Positions 27,818 to 38,442 of a stretch of 60,200 nt of DNA are shown in pieces. Both the position numbers and the translations under genes were made by a program. The notes beneath the pieces are model-generated. The model was given only the letters and a program-made list of their open reading frames with translations. It had not been told where the DNA came from and searched no databases. This stretch comes from Candidatus Zambryskiibacteriota bacterium (lineage in GTDB: Bacteria; Patescibacteriota; Minisyncoccia; Phycocordibacterales; WO2-35-19): contig QILQ01000011.1 of assembly GCA_003233455.1 (NCBI GenBank), positions 1-60,200 of the forward strand, written 5' to 3'. The stretch's first letter is position 1. Every line of letters begins with the position of its first letter.

Positions 27818-28909
27818 ATGATAATAGATATTGTAAAAGTATTTTTGCCGGCGGTGGGAGCGTTTATTTTAGGAATTTTATTTACTCCTCTCTTAACCAA
27901 CTTTTTATATTCTCACAAAATGTGGAAAAAGAGGGGAGGCAAAACAGCTCTTGACGGCACTGAGGCAAAAATTTTCAATCAGCTTCATAAAGAAAAAGAA
28001 GTCAATACTCCAAGAATGGGGGGTATTATTATTTGGTTTAGCGTTGCTACTATTATTATCGGTATTTGGCTTGTGTCGCAATTTTTTCCAAGTGAAATAA
28101 TGGTTAAACTTGATTTTCTTTCCAGAAATCAAACTTGGTTGCCGTTAGCAACTCTAATTATCGGTGCCTTAGCCGGATTGATTGATGATTATTTGGAAAT
28201 AAGAGATCCAAAAACAGACAAAGGAAAAACTGGAGGACTTCCTTTAAAAAAGCGTTTAATAATCGTATCTGTTATCGCTTTGGCTGTGGCTTTTTGGTTT
28301 TATATAAAATTGGATGTAACTGGAATTGGTTTGCCATTTACAAATACATTCGGAAGGGGAGAATTATATTTAGGTCCTATTTTTATAGTGTTATTTCTGC
28401 TAACCGCTTTATTTATTTATGCCGGCGGAGTGATAGACGGACTTGATGGTTTGGCCGGAGGAGTTTTTAGCACTATGTTCGCCGCCTACGGGGGTATCGC
28501 TTTTTACCAACAACAAATTGACTTGGCTGCTTTTTGTGCTACTGTAGCCGGTGGTATCTTGGCATTTTTATGGTTTAATATTCCGCCCGCCAGATTTTAT
28601 ATGTCGGAAACAGGTACCATGGGATTAACTCTCACCTTAACTGTGGTCGCCTTTATGACTGATACTTTGGGAGGAGGTTACGGACTTTTAGTACTGCCTG
28701 TCATCGCATTACCGCTCGTTATAACCGTTCTTTCTAATATTATTCAAATATTTTCAAAAAAATTCAGAGGCAAAAAAGTTTTTCTAGTCGCACCTTTACA
28801 TCATCATTTTGAAGCTATTGGTTGGCCAGCCTATAAAGTGACTATGCGTTATTGGATTTTTTCTCTTGTTGCCGCCATCCTTGGCATTACTTTAGCACTG
28901 ATTGGGTAA
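27818..28909 (+). CDS. mraY: phospho-N-acetylmuramoyl-pentapeptide transferase
   Basis: TPRMGGI, IDDY, DGLDGLAGG, APLHHHFE. Confidence 0.92.
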   Translation: MIIDIVKVFLPAVGAFILGILFTPLLTNFLYSHKMWKKRGGKTALDGTEAKIFNQLHKEKEVNTPRMGGIIIWFSVATIIIGIWLVSQFFPSEIMVKLDFLSRNQTWLPLATLIIGALAGLIDDYLEIRDPKTDKGKTGGLPLKKRLIIVSVIALAVAFWFYIKLDVTGIGLPFTNTFGRGELYLGPIFIVLFLLTALFIYAGGVIDGLDGLAGGVFSTMFAAYGGIAFYQQQIDLAAFCATVAGGILAFLWFNIPPARFYMSETGTMGLTLTLTVVAFMTDTLGGGYGLLVLPVIALPLVITVLSNIIQIFSKKFRGKKVFLVAPLHHHFEAIGWPAYKVTMRYWIFSLVAAILGITLALIG

Positions 28910-28927
28910 AAGTGATAAAATAACTTT

Positions 28928-30043
28928 ATGGTTGCTAGAATTGGTAAAATAAACAGACCATTTTTATTTTTAACTATTTTACTGATAGTGGGCGGTTTTT
29001 TTATTTTCAGTTCAGCTTCACTTGGAGTATTGGCTAGAAACGAAATTAAGTTTTCAAGTGTTGCTTTTAATCAGCTTTTTTACGGATTGTTTTTGGGCTC
29101 TATCGCTTGTCTTATTTTTGCTCATATTGATTATCGTATCTGGAAAAAATATTCTTTTGTTTTTTTTATAGGTTCTATATTGCTCACTCTTTTGGTTTTT
29201 GCACCGGGAATCGGTTTAGGGCATGGTGGAGCTAGGCGTTGGATTGATTTGGGTTTTATTTCATTTCAACCGGCAGAATTATTAAAAATCACTTTTATAA
29301 TATATTTCGCCGCTTGGCTTTCCGGAATAAAGAATAAAGTGGCTACTTTTTCTTGGGGTCTTTTGCCTTTTCTAGCGTTTACCGGAATATTAGGAGTAAT
29401 ACTTTTGGCTCAGCCAGATACTGACACTTTTGTTATTATTATTTTTGCGGCTTTAGCGATGTATATAGTGGCTGGAGCCAAGTGGCGACATATTTTAATG
29501 ATAATATTTGTCGGTATGATTATTTTAACTGTTTTGGCTTTAACCAGACCTTATGTAAAACAAAGAATTGATGTGATGCTTCACCCAAACATCAATAATC
29601 AAACTAGTGGTTATCAACTTAACCAATCTCTTATCGCAGTGGGGTCAGGACAAATTTGGGGTAGGGGGTTTGGACAAAGTATCCAAAAATTTCATTATCT
29701 GCCGGAACCGATGGGAGATTCTGTTTTTGCGGTAGCGGCAGAAGAATTTGGTTTTGTCGGAACTTTTACTATTATTACTCTTTTTGTTATGTTTAGTCTG
29801 GAAGGTTTAAAAATTGCGTCAAAAGCGTCGGATAAATTCGGTAGACTAATGTCTTTAGGAATTGTTATACTTATAATATCTCAAACTGTTATAAATATAG
29901 GAGGTATGATAGGAATTTTGCCTTTGACTGGAGTTCCTTTACCTTTTATCAGTCATGGTGGTACTGCTCTATTTATTGTTTTAGTTGAAGTGGGTATAGT
30001 GATGAATATATCAAAAACTGCCAAAAAAAGAAGTCCAAGTTAA
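28928..30043 (+). CDS. ftsW: SEDS family lipid II polymerase/flippase FtsW-RodA type
   Basis: About ten predicted TM segments, QPAELLKI, PFISHGGTA; located between mraY and murG. Confidence 0.85.
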   Translation: MVARIGKINRPFLFLTILLIVGGFFIFSSASLGVLARNEIKFSSVAFNQLFYGLFLGSIACLIFAHIDYRIWKKYSFVFFIGSILLTLLVFAPGIGLGHGGARRWIDLGFISFQPAELLKITFIIYFAAWLSGIKNKVATFSWGLLPFLAFTGILGVILLAQPDTDTFVIIIFAALAMYIVAGAKWRHILMIIFVGMIILTVLALTRPYVKQRIDVMLHPNINNQTSGYQLNQSLIAVGSGQIWGRGFGQSIQKFHYLPEPMGDSVFAVAAEEFGFVGTFTIITLFVMFSLEGLKIASKASDKFGRLMSLGIVILIISQTVINIGGMIGILPLTGVPLPFISHGGTALFIVLVEVGIVMNISKTAKKRSPS

Positions 30044-30059
30044 TTTTAATTCTTAAATT

Positions 30060-31193
30060 ATGAAAATAATATTTACAGGAGGCGGTTCGGGCGGACATTT
30101 TTATCCGATTTTAGCTATTACCGAATCAATTCAAAAAATCGCTAAAGAAAAAAAACTTATCAGTCCGGAAATGTATTTCTTTGCTCCAACTCCATATAAT
30201 CAAGGTTTACTTTATGACCACAATATTCAATATAAAAAAACAACTGCTGGCAAGATACGCAGATATTTTTCATTATTGAATTTTACTGATTTTTTTAAAA
30301 CAATTTGGGGAGTTTTGAGTGCTCTTTTAGATGTTTTTGATATTTATCCTGATGTAGTTTTTAGCAAAGGAGGATTTGGTGGTTTTCCTACAGTTATGGC
30401 GGCACATCTTTTGCGTATTCCTGTTTTTATTCACGAATCAGATTCCGCGCCAGGAAGAGCCAATAAATGGGCTGGAAAATTTGCCACTCGTATTGCTATT
30501 TCTTATAAAGAAACTGCTAAATATTTTCCTCCAGAAAAAGTGGCTTATACCGGACAACCGATTTTGGAAGAACGATTAACACCTATTACCAACGCCGCCG
30601 CTGAATTTTTTGATTTTGATGAAAGTTTGCCTACTATATTTATAATGGGTGGCTCTCAAGGAGCTGAAATAATAAATAATGCCATTTTGGATGTATTAGT
30701 TAATTTAGTTAAAGATTTTCAAATTATTCACCAAACAGGGCAAGCAAATATTGAAGTAATAAAAGAGTCTGCCGCCGCTATACTTTTAGAGAATCCAAAT
30801 AAAAAAAGATATAAACCCATGGGATACTTAAATAGCCTTGAAATGCGGATGGCAGCCGGAGCTTGTGATTTAGTAATCAGCCGAGGAGGTTCAACTATAT
30901 TTGAAATAGCTTCTTGGCAAAAACCCTCTATTATTATTCCCATTACCAAATCAAACGAAAATCATCAAATTAAAAATGCTTTTATTTATGCCAAATCTGG
31001 AGCCTGCAGTGTTTTGCAAGAAGAAAATTTAAAATCCCATATACTTCTGGCGGAAATAATGAAAATAATAAAAAATAAAGAAATAAGCGATAAAATGAAG
31101 GAGGGAGCTAAAAGTTTTTTCAAACCCAATGCCGCCGACACTATCGCTCGCGAACTTCTTTCTATTATTCTCTCACACGAAAAATTAAATTAA
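30060..31193 (+). CDS. murG: UDP-N-acetylglucosamine--lipid I GlcNAc transferase MurG
   Basis: FTGGGSGGHFYPILAI, GGSQGA, SRGGSTIFE. Confidence 0.9.
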   Translation: MKIIFTGGGSGGHFYPILAITESIQKIAKEKKLISPEMYFFAPTPYNQGLLYDHNIQYKKTTAGKIRRYFSLLNFTDFFKTIWGVLSALLDVFDIYPDVVFSKGGFGGFPTVMAAHLLRIPVFIHESDSAPGRANKWAGKFATRIAISYKETAKYFPPEKVAYTGQPILEERLTPITNAAAEFFDFDESLPTIFIMGGSQGAEIINNAILDVLVNLVKDFQIIHQTGQANIEVIKESAAAILLENPNKKRYKPMGYLNSLEMRMAAGACDLVISRGGSTIFEIASWQKPSIIIPITKSNENHQIKNAFIYAKSGACSVLQEENLKSHILLAEIMKIIKNKEISDKMKEGAKSFFKPNAADTIARELLSIILSHEKLN

Positions 31194-31251
31194 CTACACC
31201 ACACTTCAAAAGTATGAGGGTTCCCCTCTTCTTTTTAGGATGTGGTGTAAT
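31193..31251. repeat. about 60-bp palindromic element copy A3
   Basis: actacaccaca-cttcaaaagt-atgagggTTCccctc-ttcttttt-agga-tgtggtgtaat; starts at the murG stop codon. Confidence 0.8.
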
Positions 31252-31290
31252 TAAATTTTTAATATTCTAATATCTGATATAATTGAAATT

Positions 31291-32646
31291 ATGAATAATA
31301 AAAAAATAATAGTTCGTTTTGCACCTTCGCCGACAGGACCTTTTCATTTAGGAAGTGCCAGAACCGCTTTATACAATTATCTTTTTGCTAAAAAAGAAAA
31401 TGGCGTTATACTTTTGCGTATTGAAGATACCGATAAAGAGAGATCAGAAAAAAAATTTGAAGATGAAATATACGATAGTTTGAAATGGCTTGGTATTGAT
31501 TATAGTAAAAAAATATTAAAATCATCTGAAAGAACAAAAATTTATAAAGAAAAGTTGCAAGAACTTATTAAAAATAATTTCGCTTATATTTCCAAAGAAA
31601 GTGAAGGGCAAAATAAAGAAGTTGTCCGATTTAAAAACCCCGGAGGAAAAATTAAATTTACCGATTTAATAAGAGGGAATATAGAAGAAGATATTTCTAA
31701 TCTAAAAGATTTTATTATCGCTAAAAATTTAGAAGAACCTCTTTATCATTTAGCGGTAGTGGTTGATGATATTGAAAGTGGCGTTACTCATATTATAAGA
31801 GGGGAAGATCATATTTCAAATACCGCTCGTCAAATTTTAATTGCCAGAGCTTTAGGAAAAAAAGAGGATTTTCAGTATGCTCATTTACCTTTAATTCTTG
31901 CTAAAGATAAAAGTAAATTATCCAAAAGAAAACACGGAAAAATTGTCTCTCTTAAAAAATATAAAGACCTTGGATATTCTCCGGAAGCTATTTTGAATTT
32001 TTTGGCTTTTATAGGTTGGAATCCCGGAGGAGAAAAAGAGATTTTTAGTACGAAAGAACTTATTAAAACTTTTGATATTAAAAAAGTTCAAAAAAAAGGA
32101 GGCATTTTCAATATAGAAAAACTTAATTGGTTGAATCGCGAATATATACTCCGACAACCAAAAATTGAACAGCTAGAAAATTTCAGATATCAATTAACAC
32201 TTGCTAACGCGAAATTTAAAAATCATCAAAAATTAAATAATCAAAAATTTGTAGAAAACTTTTTAGAAATAATATTAAACAAAATACATAGATGGGCAGA
32301 AGTGGAAGAATTGGTAGAAGCAAGAGAATTTGACTATTTATTTGAAAAACCAATTTTAGATGTAAACAAAATCTTGTGGAAAAAGCAGGATAAAAATAAC
32401 GCTAGAGAAAAATTAAAAAAAGTATTGGAAATAATCACCTCACCTAATCTAGAGTCTCAAGATAATCTAAAATGGGATGAGGTTATGAAATACGCTGAAA
32501 AAGAAGGGAAAGGAGAAGTTCTTTGGCCTCTGCGATATGCTTTATCAGGTAGAGAAAAATCGCCAGATCCCTTCACTTTAATAAAAATTTTAGGAGCGGG
32601 GGAGAGCAAAAAAAGAATTGAAAAAGCCATTAAATTACTCACATAA
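31291..32646 (+). CDS. gltX: glutamate--tRNA ligase
   Basis: RFAPSPTGPFHLGSART (HIGH), KLSKR; TGaTATAAT lies 7 nt before the ATG. Confidence 0.95.
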   Translation: MNNKKIIVRFAPSPTGPFHLGSARTALYNYLFAKKENGVILLRIEDTDKERSEKKFEDEIYDSLKWLGIDYSKKILKSSERTKIYKEKLQELIKNNFAYISKESEGQNKEVVRFKNPGGKIKFTDLIRGNIEEDISNLKDFIIAKNLEEPLYHLAVVVDDIESGVTHIIRGEDHISNTARQILIARALGKKEDFQYAHLPLILAKDKSKLSKRKHGKIVSLKKYKDLGYSPEAILNFLAFIGWNPGGEKEIFSTKELIKTFDIKKVQKKGGIFNIEKLNWLNREYILRQPKIEQLENFRYQLTLANAKFKNHQKLNNQKFVENFLEIILNKIHRWAEVEELVEAREFDYLFEKPILDVNKILWKKQDKNNAREKLKKVLEIITSPNLESQDNLKWDEVMKYAEKEGKGEVLWPLRYALSGREKSPDPFTLIKILGAGESKKRIEKAIKLLT

Positions 32647-32647
32647 A

Positions 32648-33961
32648 ATGTCATTTAAAAAACTAACAGTAATCATATTAGCGATGTTTTTAGCGTTTAA
32701 TATAGCAAATGTTTCTTCCGCTCAATCTATAAATGAATTAAAACAAAATATCAATAATCATAGCAATAAAATAAAACAACTTGATAAAGAAATTAAAATC
32801 TATAAAAAAGAAATTGAAGTGGTGGGGAGTCAAGCGAAAACTTTACAAAATGCGGTTAGAGTTCTCGATATAAATCAAAAAAAAATTAGTACTGAAATAA
32901 AAAAAACAGGGGTTAATATTAAAAAGACTAATTTGACAATAAATAATTTAAGTGGTGAGATAGGAGATATTGAAAAAAAAATTGCTTCTAATACGGAAGC
33001 TATCATCAAAGCTTTAAATGATATGCGTCAAAAAGATGAAGAATCTTTAATAGAAAATTTCCTTACCAATAAAAGTCTCGCTGATATTTTAGATGAATAT
33101 GAATCAATAAATCAATTTCAACAAAAAGTAAGAGACCATTCTAAAGAACTGGCACTTTATAGAGACAAATTATCTGGCAAAAAAACAATTACTAAAAAAG
33201 AAAAAAAGAAACTGGTATCATTAAAATCAGAGCTTGGAGATCAAAATAAAATATTAGCTATAAATAAAAGAAAGAAAAATAATTTACTGACAACCACTAA
33301 AAATAAAGAGTCAAATTATAAAAAATTACTCAATGAAAAAAAGAAAGCAAAAGAGAAGTTTGAACAAGAATTATTGGCTTATGAATCTCAACTTCGCGTT
33401 GCTATAGATCCCAAGAGTATTCCCAAAGCCGGTTCTGGCATTTTTGCGCCACCGTTTGATAAAATATCATATAAATCTTGTTATAATGGAGGAACCGGTA
33501 ATTGTATAACACAATTTTTTGGCAATACGAAATTTGCACAGTCAGGAGCGTATAATGGCAAAGGACATAATGGTGTGGATTTTAGAGCCTCTATTGGAAC
33601 AAAAGTTAAAGCGGTTATGGCCGGCACTATTGTTGAAACAGGAAATACAGATCTTTATAAGGGATGTTATTCTTATGGAAAATGGGTACTTATAAAACAT
33701 AACAATGGACTTTCCACTTTATACGCGCATTTAAATCTTATAAAAGTTAGAGCCGGTCAAAAAACGCAAACTGGAGAAATAATCGGTTATAGCGGTCAAA
33801 CCGGTTATGCCACTGGACCGCATCTTCATCTAACCACCTATGCCACAAAAGGTGTAAAAGTTATGCGATTAGGTGCTGTAAAAAAAATAACAAATTGCAA
33901 GAACGCCAGAATTCCAGTAGCTTCTTTTAATTCATACTTAAACCCGTTGGATTATTTATAA
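32648..33961 (+). CDS. M23 family metallopeptidase with N-terminal coiled coil (EnvC-like)
   Basis: Signal peptide MSFKKLTVIILAMFLAFNIANVSSAQS, long coiled coil, HNGVDF...GPHLHL M23 motifs. Confidence 0.85.
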   Translation: MSFKKLTVIILAMFLAFNIANVSSAQSINELKQNINNHSNKIKQLDKEIKIYKKEIEVVGSQAKTLQNAVRVLDINQKKISTEIKKTGVNIKKTNLTINNLSGEIGDIEKKIASNTEAIIKALNDMRQKDEESLIENFLTNKSLADILDEYESINQFQQKVRDHSKELALYRDKLSGKKTITKKEKKKLVSLKSELGDQNKILAINKRKKNNLLTTTKNKESNYKKLLNEKKKAKEKFEQELLAYESQLRVAIDPKSIPKAGSGIFAPPFDKISYKSCYNGGTGNCITQFFGNTKFAQSGAYNGKGHNGVDFRASIGTKVKAVMAGTIVETGNTDLYKGCYSYGKWVLIKHNNGLSTLYAHLNLIKVRAGQKTQTGEIIGYSGQTGYATGPHLHLTTYATKGVKVMRLGAVKKITNCKNARIPVASFNSYLNPLDYL

Positions 33962-34004
33962 AAATAATTATTAACTAATTTTAATTTAATTTATTTATAA
34001 AATA

Positions 34005-34259
34005 ATGAAAAATAAAAAATCCGGATTTATATCAATAATTTTGATTGTAGTGGTCGCTTTAGTGATACTTAAGTATGTCTATAACATAGATGTAATCGGT
34101 TTTTTAACTCAGGGCAAATTTAAAGAATTTTTAGACCAATTTTATAATTTAGGAAATAAAGGTTGGGAAAAATATAATGATATCGTTATTAAAATTTGGA
34201 GTTATGTTATTGAATTCATAAAAAATATAGCCACTAAAATAATAGCGAAAACAAAATGA
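34005..34259 (+). CDS. small single-pass membrane protein (hypothetical)
   Basis: 84-aa ORF with TM FISIILIVVVALVIL. Confidence 0.45.
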   Translation: MKNKKSGFISIILIVVVALVILKYVYNIDVIGFLTQGKFKEFLDQFYNLGNKGWEKYNDIVIKIWSYVIEFIKNIATKIIAKTK

Positions 34260-34340
34260 TAATTATCAGTCGGGAAGAATTTAAAAAATTATTTTTAAAT
34301 AACTACCTAAAAGATATATTGTGCGACGTTAATATGAAGT

Positions 34341-34817
34341 CTACTTCGTCGCCAAACTTTTATATTTAGAATAAGCGGTAGTATTTCCCCAACACGAGAT
34401 AGAAGATTTCCAAGGCTTGACTCCATATTTCTCAAAAAGAACTCTGGCGTATGAAGTATTTCCTTTTAAAGTAAAAATATTATAGCCGAATCTAACCGAA
34501 CTTTTATTATGATAATATTCGTTGATTTGCATTACTCCCCTATCTGATTTATTTTGCTCGCCACGAATAGCCTTACCATTAGCGTCATACTGACGAAAAC
34601 GAGATTCGCACCTGGCAATTTCAATCATAATTGGTATGTCAGAAAAATAATTTCTAACATATTCTTCCACTGTTATACTTTTCTTAATTTTACTGATATC
34701 TTTTTTTGGTTGAGATTCCAGAGGTAATACTTGAATAATCGCCTCGGGAACATCGGGAGGTAAAAATGATGCCTTACCAAAACCTGTAATACTTGACGCA
34801 ATCATCATAAACCCCAA
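34341..34817 (-). CDS. lysozyme-like / lytic transglycosylase domain protein
   Basis: IEIARCESRFRQYD...SDRGVMQINEYYH resembles the catalytic-Glu SLT/lysozyme-like motif. Start uncertain (TTG at 34817 or ATG at 34808); the hydrophobic stretch continues upstream. Confidence 0.65.
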   Translation of the reverse strand: MGFMMIASSITGFGKASFLPPDVPEAIIQVLPLESQPKKDISKIKKSITVEEYVRNYFSDIPIMIEIARCESRFRQYDANGKAIRGEQNKSDRGVMQINEYYHNKSSVRFGYNIFTLKGNTSYARVLFEKYGVKPWKSSISCWGNTTAYSKYKSLATK

Positions 34818-35086
34818 AGCGGTAGTTTGAAAAATAAGCCAATTGTTTAATTTTAATTCTTATTTTAATTCTATCTATTCTCCATCTCTTAATTAAAACA
34901 AGTCAAGATATCAGTCAGATAAACTTCAAGCGCGAACCTTAAATTTATTTTTGCAAATAATTTAATAAGTATGCTTGAGCTGAAAAATATCTCTTTAACA
35001 ACAAAATCCAGCATTTACTGGACTCACATATAGTATAGCATTTTTTAATATTGCTGTCAATAAATTTATATATTGGTATATTTATC

Positions 35087-35725
35087 TTAAAACTCCCTAT
35101 ACTTCGGATCCACAATAAAGTTGGCGTAAACGGTTTTGGAAGAGTTTATAAAGATAGGACATTGTCCTTTACCGGAACAAGCTCCGCTCCAACCGACAAA
35201 AACTCTGCCGACAGCGGGAGTGGCGGTTAAAGTAACCCATATATTAGCCTCATAATTATTGGCACAAGTGGGACCGCAAGCTATACCGCTAGGGCTGCTG
35301 GTTATTATCCCCTGCCCCGATTTAATAACATTTAGATTGAAAGATGGAGAAGCCACATTTACAGTAATATGTTTAGTGACTGGACCAGGATTGCAAGCAA
35401 TAGTGTATATTTTGGTACTTGTTAAACTGCCGGTGTTTAGAGAACCGCTACCATTGGGATAACCTCCGATAGTGGCTGGCGGAGTAATGGAACAAGAAGT
35501 GGCTCCCGAATATGACCAACTTAAATTGGTTCCATTGTTAGGATTTGGTAAGTTTGTGTTATTGGCGCTTATAGATACGGTAGCACTAGGTGGAGCTTGA
35601 CAGGATAAATCAGTGCTCCCAACATAATCTTTCCAAGCATTGGTATTAGGATCTTTAACAGTAAACCACCAAGTATAATGCTGACCGGGAGAGTAGTGCT
35701 GATTTGTGCCGTAATACCTCCCGAA
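35087..35725 (-). pseudogene. C-terminal continuation of the same surface protein in another frame (Ig-like segment plus divergent InlB B-repeat-like domain)
   Basis: My translation of the shifted frame is YYGTNQHYSPGQHYTWWFTVKDPNTNAWKDYVGSTDLSCQAPPSATVSISANN...GQGIITSSPSGIACGPTCANNYEANIWVTLTATPAVGRVFVGWSGACSGKGQCPIFINSSKTVYANF. It is open from the TAG at 35726-35728 down to 35087. Confidence 0.65.
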
Positions 35726-37320
35726 CTACAAGAATTTAAAGGCCAACAATAACTATTAGCTCCCGGATTCATCCTCACATAATACGGATTATATCCGCTG
35801 GCTGTCCAGCTGACATTAGCTTGAGTATATGGAGCTGGGCAGGAGCCTGTTAAATTAGTTGGAGTAACAACTCCTCCGGTTACCGTTACATTACTCCAAC
35901 TGCCACAATTGTTGTTTTCGTTTGATTCAGTAATAACTCCTGTATTGGTAGGTGAAGTTTTATCAGCACAAGCCCTAACAGAATATGTTCCAGTGGAGGT
36001 AAAGGTATAAGTGGGAGAAGTAGCGGTATTATTCGCTCCGGCAGCTAATATTGACATTGGAGTGGCAGTCAGATTAGTTATAGAACCTCCTCCTCCGCTA
36101 GCGGTAGCCACTTGAAAGAAATTTGAGAAACTGCTTCCGGTGGAACCCATTCCTTGATTTGCAATAATTGAGCTAAATGTTTGAGCGACATTCACCACAG
36201 CGATATTTGGTGAAGAATTGGCTGCGGTTAGATCTGGGGAAGGTGAATTAACAGAGCTAATAATTAACGATGACGAATCAAAACCGCTTAACACTCCGCT
36301 TGTTCCAGTCACTTTTATTATATTTGAAGTTGGAGGCGAAGAAGCGGTATTCGTTACGGCAAGAATAAGTGTTGAATAACTATTCGCCGGAACAAAAGTA
36401 GTAGAAGGTAAACTACAGTTCGCACTTGAAGGACAACCTGAAATTGCAAGCGAAACATTGCCGGAAAATCCTCCTACAGAATTAACCATCACCCCATAAG
36501 TAGCCGCATCGCCTTGATATATAGTTTGCATTATCGGTAACATTGAGATGTTAAAATTTGAAGTGGTACAATCTGCATTGGTAGTACATCCCGGAGTACA
36601 AGACCCCCCTAGATGAAAACCTCTTTCTACTGGCGGTACTTGTTGGATGCAGGAGTTTCCTGAACAAACATTATTATAAGTTGGACCTATTTGATAACAC
36701 CTGCCACCTATGATAGGTGGCGACCCATATCTCTGACATTTACCTGTACACAAATCATAGGTTTGAAAATTACAATATTGGTCTCCCAATGGACGACCTA
36801 TTTGTGCTGGGGGGCAATTCCCTCCTGTAATACACAGTGTATCACCGTTAGAATAAGTATAACATTTACCCGGAGTGGTACCGTTCAAACAAGTTGTTAA
36901 ATTTGGCTTGCCGGTACAGAATTTGTTGACAGTAACTGTTACATTAGCTAAATTACCCGTTTCCACCCAAGAATTATCCACATTGCGAATTGTGTAAGTA
37001 TATGTTGAAGGTGCTGACCCAGTAGTTAAATTCCAGTCAGTCGCACTGTCGTTTGGGCTTTGGTTGCTCCAAAATACTCCATTTTTATAAAGCTTGACTA
37101 TATTATTTGAATTAGATGTCCAACTTATAGAGGGACTACAAGGTTCAATACAAGATTGTGGGTTAGCATTGATACTGGCTTGAGGTGTTTGAGCTAAAGC
37201 TATTTTTGTTTCAAAAGTTCCATATAATAAAATAGTTCCTAAAATTAAAACAAAAAATCCAAGAAACAATAAAATTTTTCCTATTTTCATTTTCCAAAAC
37301 ATTTTTTTTAAGGTAAGCAT
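35569..37320 (-). CDS. large secreted Cys-rich surface protein, N-terminal 583 codons (CARDB-like domain); frame is lost near 35715-35725
   Basis: Signal/TM MKIGKILLFLGFFVLILGTILLYG, Cys-rich block, CARDB-like DLTAANSSPNIAVVNVAQTF...NQGMGST...ESNENNNC. The last about 50 codons (ITAQISTTLPVSIILGG...) look like out-of-frame read-through. Confidence 0.7.
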   Translation of the reverse strand: MLTLKKMFWKMKIGKILLFLGFFVLILGTILLYGTFETKIALAQTPQASINANPQSCIEPCSPSISWTSNSNNIVKLYKNGVFWSNQSPNDSATDWNLTTGSAPSTYTYTIRNVDNSWVETGNLANVTVTVNKFCTGKPNLTTCLNGTTPGKCYTYSNGDTLCITGGNCPPAQIGRPLGDQYCNFQTYDLCTGKCQRYGSPPIIGGRCYQIGPTYNNVCSGNSCIQQVPPVERGFHLGGSCTPGCTTNADCTTSNFNISMLPIMQTIYQGDAATYGVMVNSVGGFSGNVSLAISGCPSSANCSLPSTTFVPANSYSTLILAVTNTASSPPTSNIIKVTGTSGVLSGFDSSSLIISSVNSPSPDLTAANSSPNIAVVNVAQTFSSIIANQGMGSTGSSFSNFFQVATASGGGGSITNLTATPMSILAAGANNTATSPTYTFTSTGTYSVRACADKTSPTNTGVITESNENNNCGSWSNVTVTGGVVTPTNLTGSCPAPYTQANVSWTASGYNPYYVRMNPGANSYCWPLNSCSSGGITAQISTTLPVSIILGGLLLKILIPMLGKIMLGALIYPVKLHLVLPYL

Positions 37321-37480
37321 ACTTAAATTTTATCTTTAACGACCTTTAACTTACATTTTTAAGTTTCTATTTTATTATACAATATATAATTCGTTATAAC
37401 ATATATAAAAATGTTAATAACTTTATAAATCAAAAATAATAGTAAAACCACCATATGTGTGTATACATTACCACTGACAG

Positions 37481-37509
37481 TTGACAAAAAAATGAATTTA
37501 TAATATAGT
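37481..37509 (+). promoter_or_regulatory. near-consensus sigma-70 promoter TTGACA-17-TATAGT, bracketed by the inverted repeat actgaca/tgtcagt
   Basis: TTGACA at 37481-37486 and TATAGT at 37504-37509, spacer 17 nt; lies just upstream of the GC-rich ORF. Confidence 0.5.
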
Positions 37510-37542
37510 GTCAGTTAGATGGGTCCAAGGAGGGCTCTATAT

Positions 37543-38442
37543 ATGTTCTCTCGAAAAATCACCTATTTGGCGATGTTGGTCATTCTGCTGTCATGGCCGA
37601 TCATGGCAGTATCCCGTGGTGGCGAACACCCTGTCATCAACAGTGGCGCTTGCACAGCCACGACCCAAAACCTCCCTCGCGGAGGGGAGGGGTGGATTAT
37701 CCGGTTTACCCAAACCGGTAACACCGTGCTTCGCGCACGCGATCTCGGGTTTCCGCCGTTCCACCTGAACGACGGCGGATACGCACCGGTCCTTAACTCG
37801 GCTCATCACCGGCCGGTGTTTACCTGCACACCAAACGAACTTTACGTTCTGATTTACCAGACGGAAAGGATGTTTGGCGGAAATGAAAGTTGGAGGGAAA
37901 TCAGAACCCAACTTTACCGAAAAGGTATTTGGGATGGGTCATCCCAAGCGGAGTTGGTGTATCAGACACCGCTCTCAACCGAGCGGATTGGCGACGAAAA
38001 CTTCGCCATCCCACTGACAAACTCTGATGTCCGGATCGGTCGCGCTTACGCGCTTACCGGTCTTGTCGCTCAGAAAAATCGTGCTGTCCTCTTTGGGCAG
38101 TTCGAGATTCTGGATGACCAACAGGCGCGTACCTCATACGCCGCCCTCGACCTTTCTGTCAACGGTCCCGCGACTCTCACTTTTGAGTCCGGACCCGCTG
38201 ACATTGCGCAGTCCGAATCGGTCTGCGTAACCCTGAACGAGCTGTTTTTTGTCCGACGGATTGGTAGATTATACACAACCTATCAGGTTGACAGCAAAGG
38301 GTTTATCACTCCAAAGCTGTTCAACTGGTCGCCTGTCCGCGTGGAATGCGGACCCGGCAACGCGACCATAATCCTCTCCTCTAGAACATCCGGTGGGAAG
38401 AGACGGCGCATCGGCATACCGTCAACAGGGCGCGGGAGGTGA
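37543..38442 (+). CDS. secreted hypothetical protein encoded by a strongly GC-rich (foreign-looking) segment
   Basis: Open frame of about 300 codons in GC-rich DNA, AGGAGG at 37528-37533 is 9 nt before the ATG at 37543, signal-peptide-like MFSRKITYLAMLVILLSWPIMAVSRG; no family recognised. Confidence 0.6.
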   Translation: MFSRKITYLAMLVILLSWPIMAVSRGGEHPVINSGACTATTQNLPRGGEGWIIRFTQTGNTVLRARDLGFPPFHLNDGGYAPVLNSAHHRPVFTCTPNELYVLIYQTERMFGGNESWREIRTQLYRKGIWDGSSQAELVYQTPLSTERIGDENFAIPLTNSDVRIGRAYALTGLVAQKNRAVLFGQFEILDDQQARTSYAALDLSVNGPATLTFESGPADIAQSESVCVTLNELFFVRRIGRLYTTYQVDSKGFITPKLFNWSPVRVECGPGNATIILSSRTSGGKRRRIGIPSTGRGR

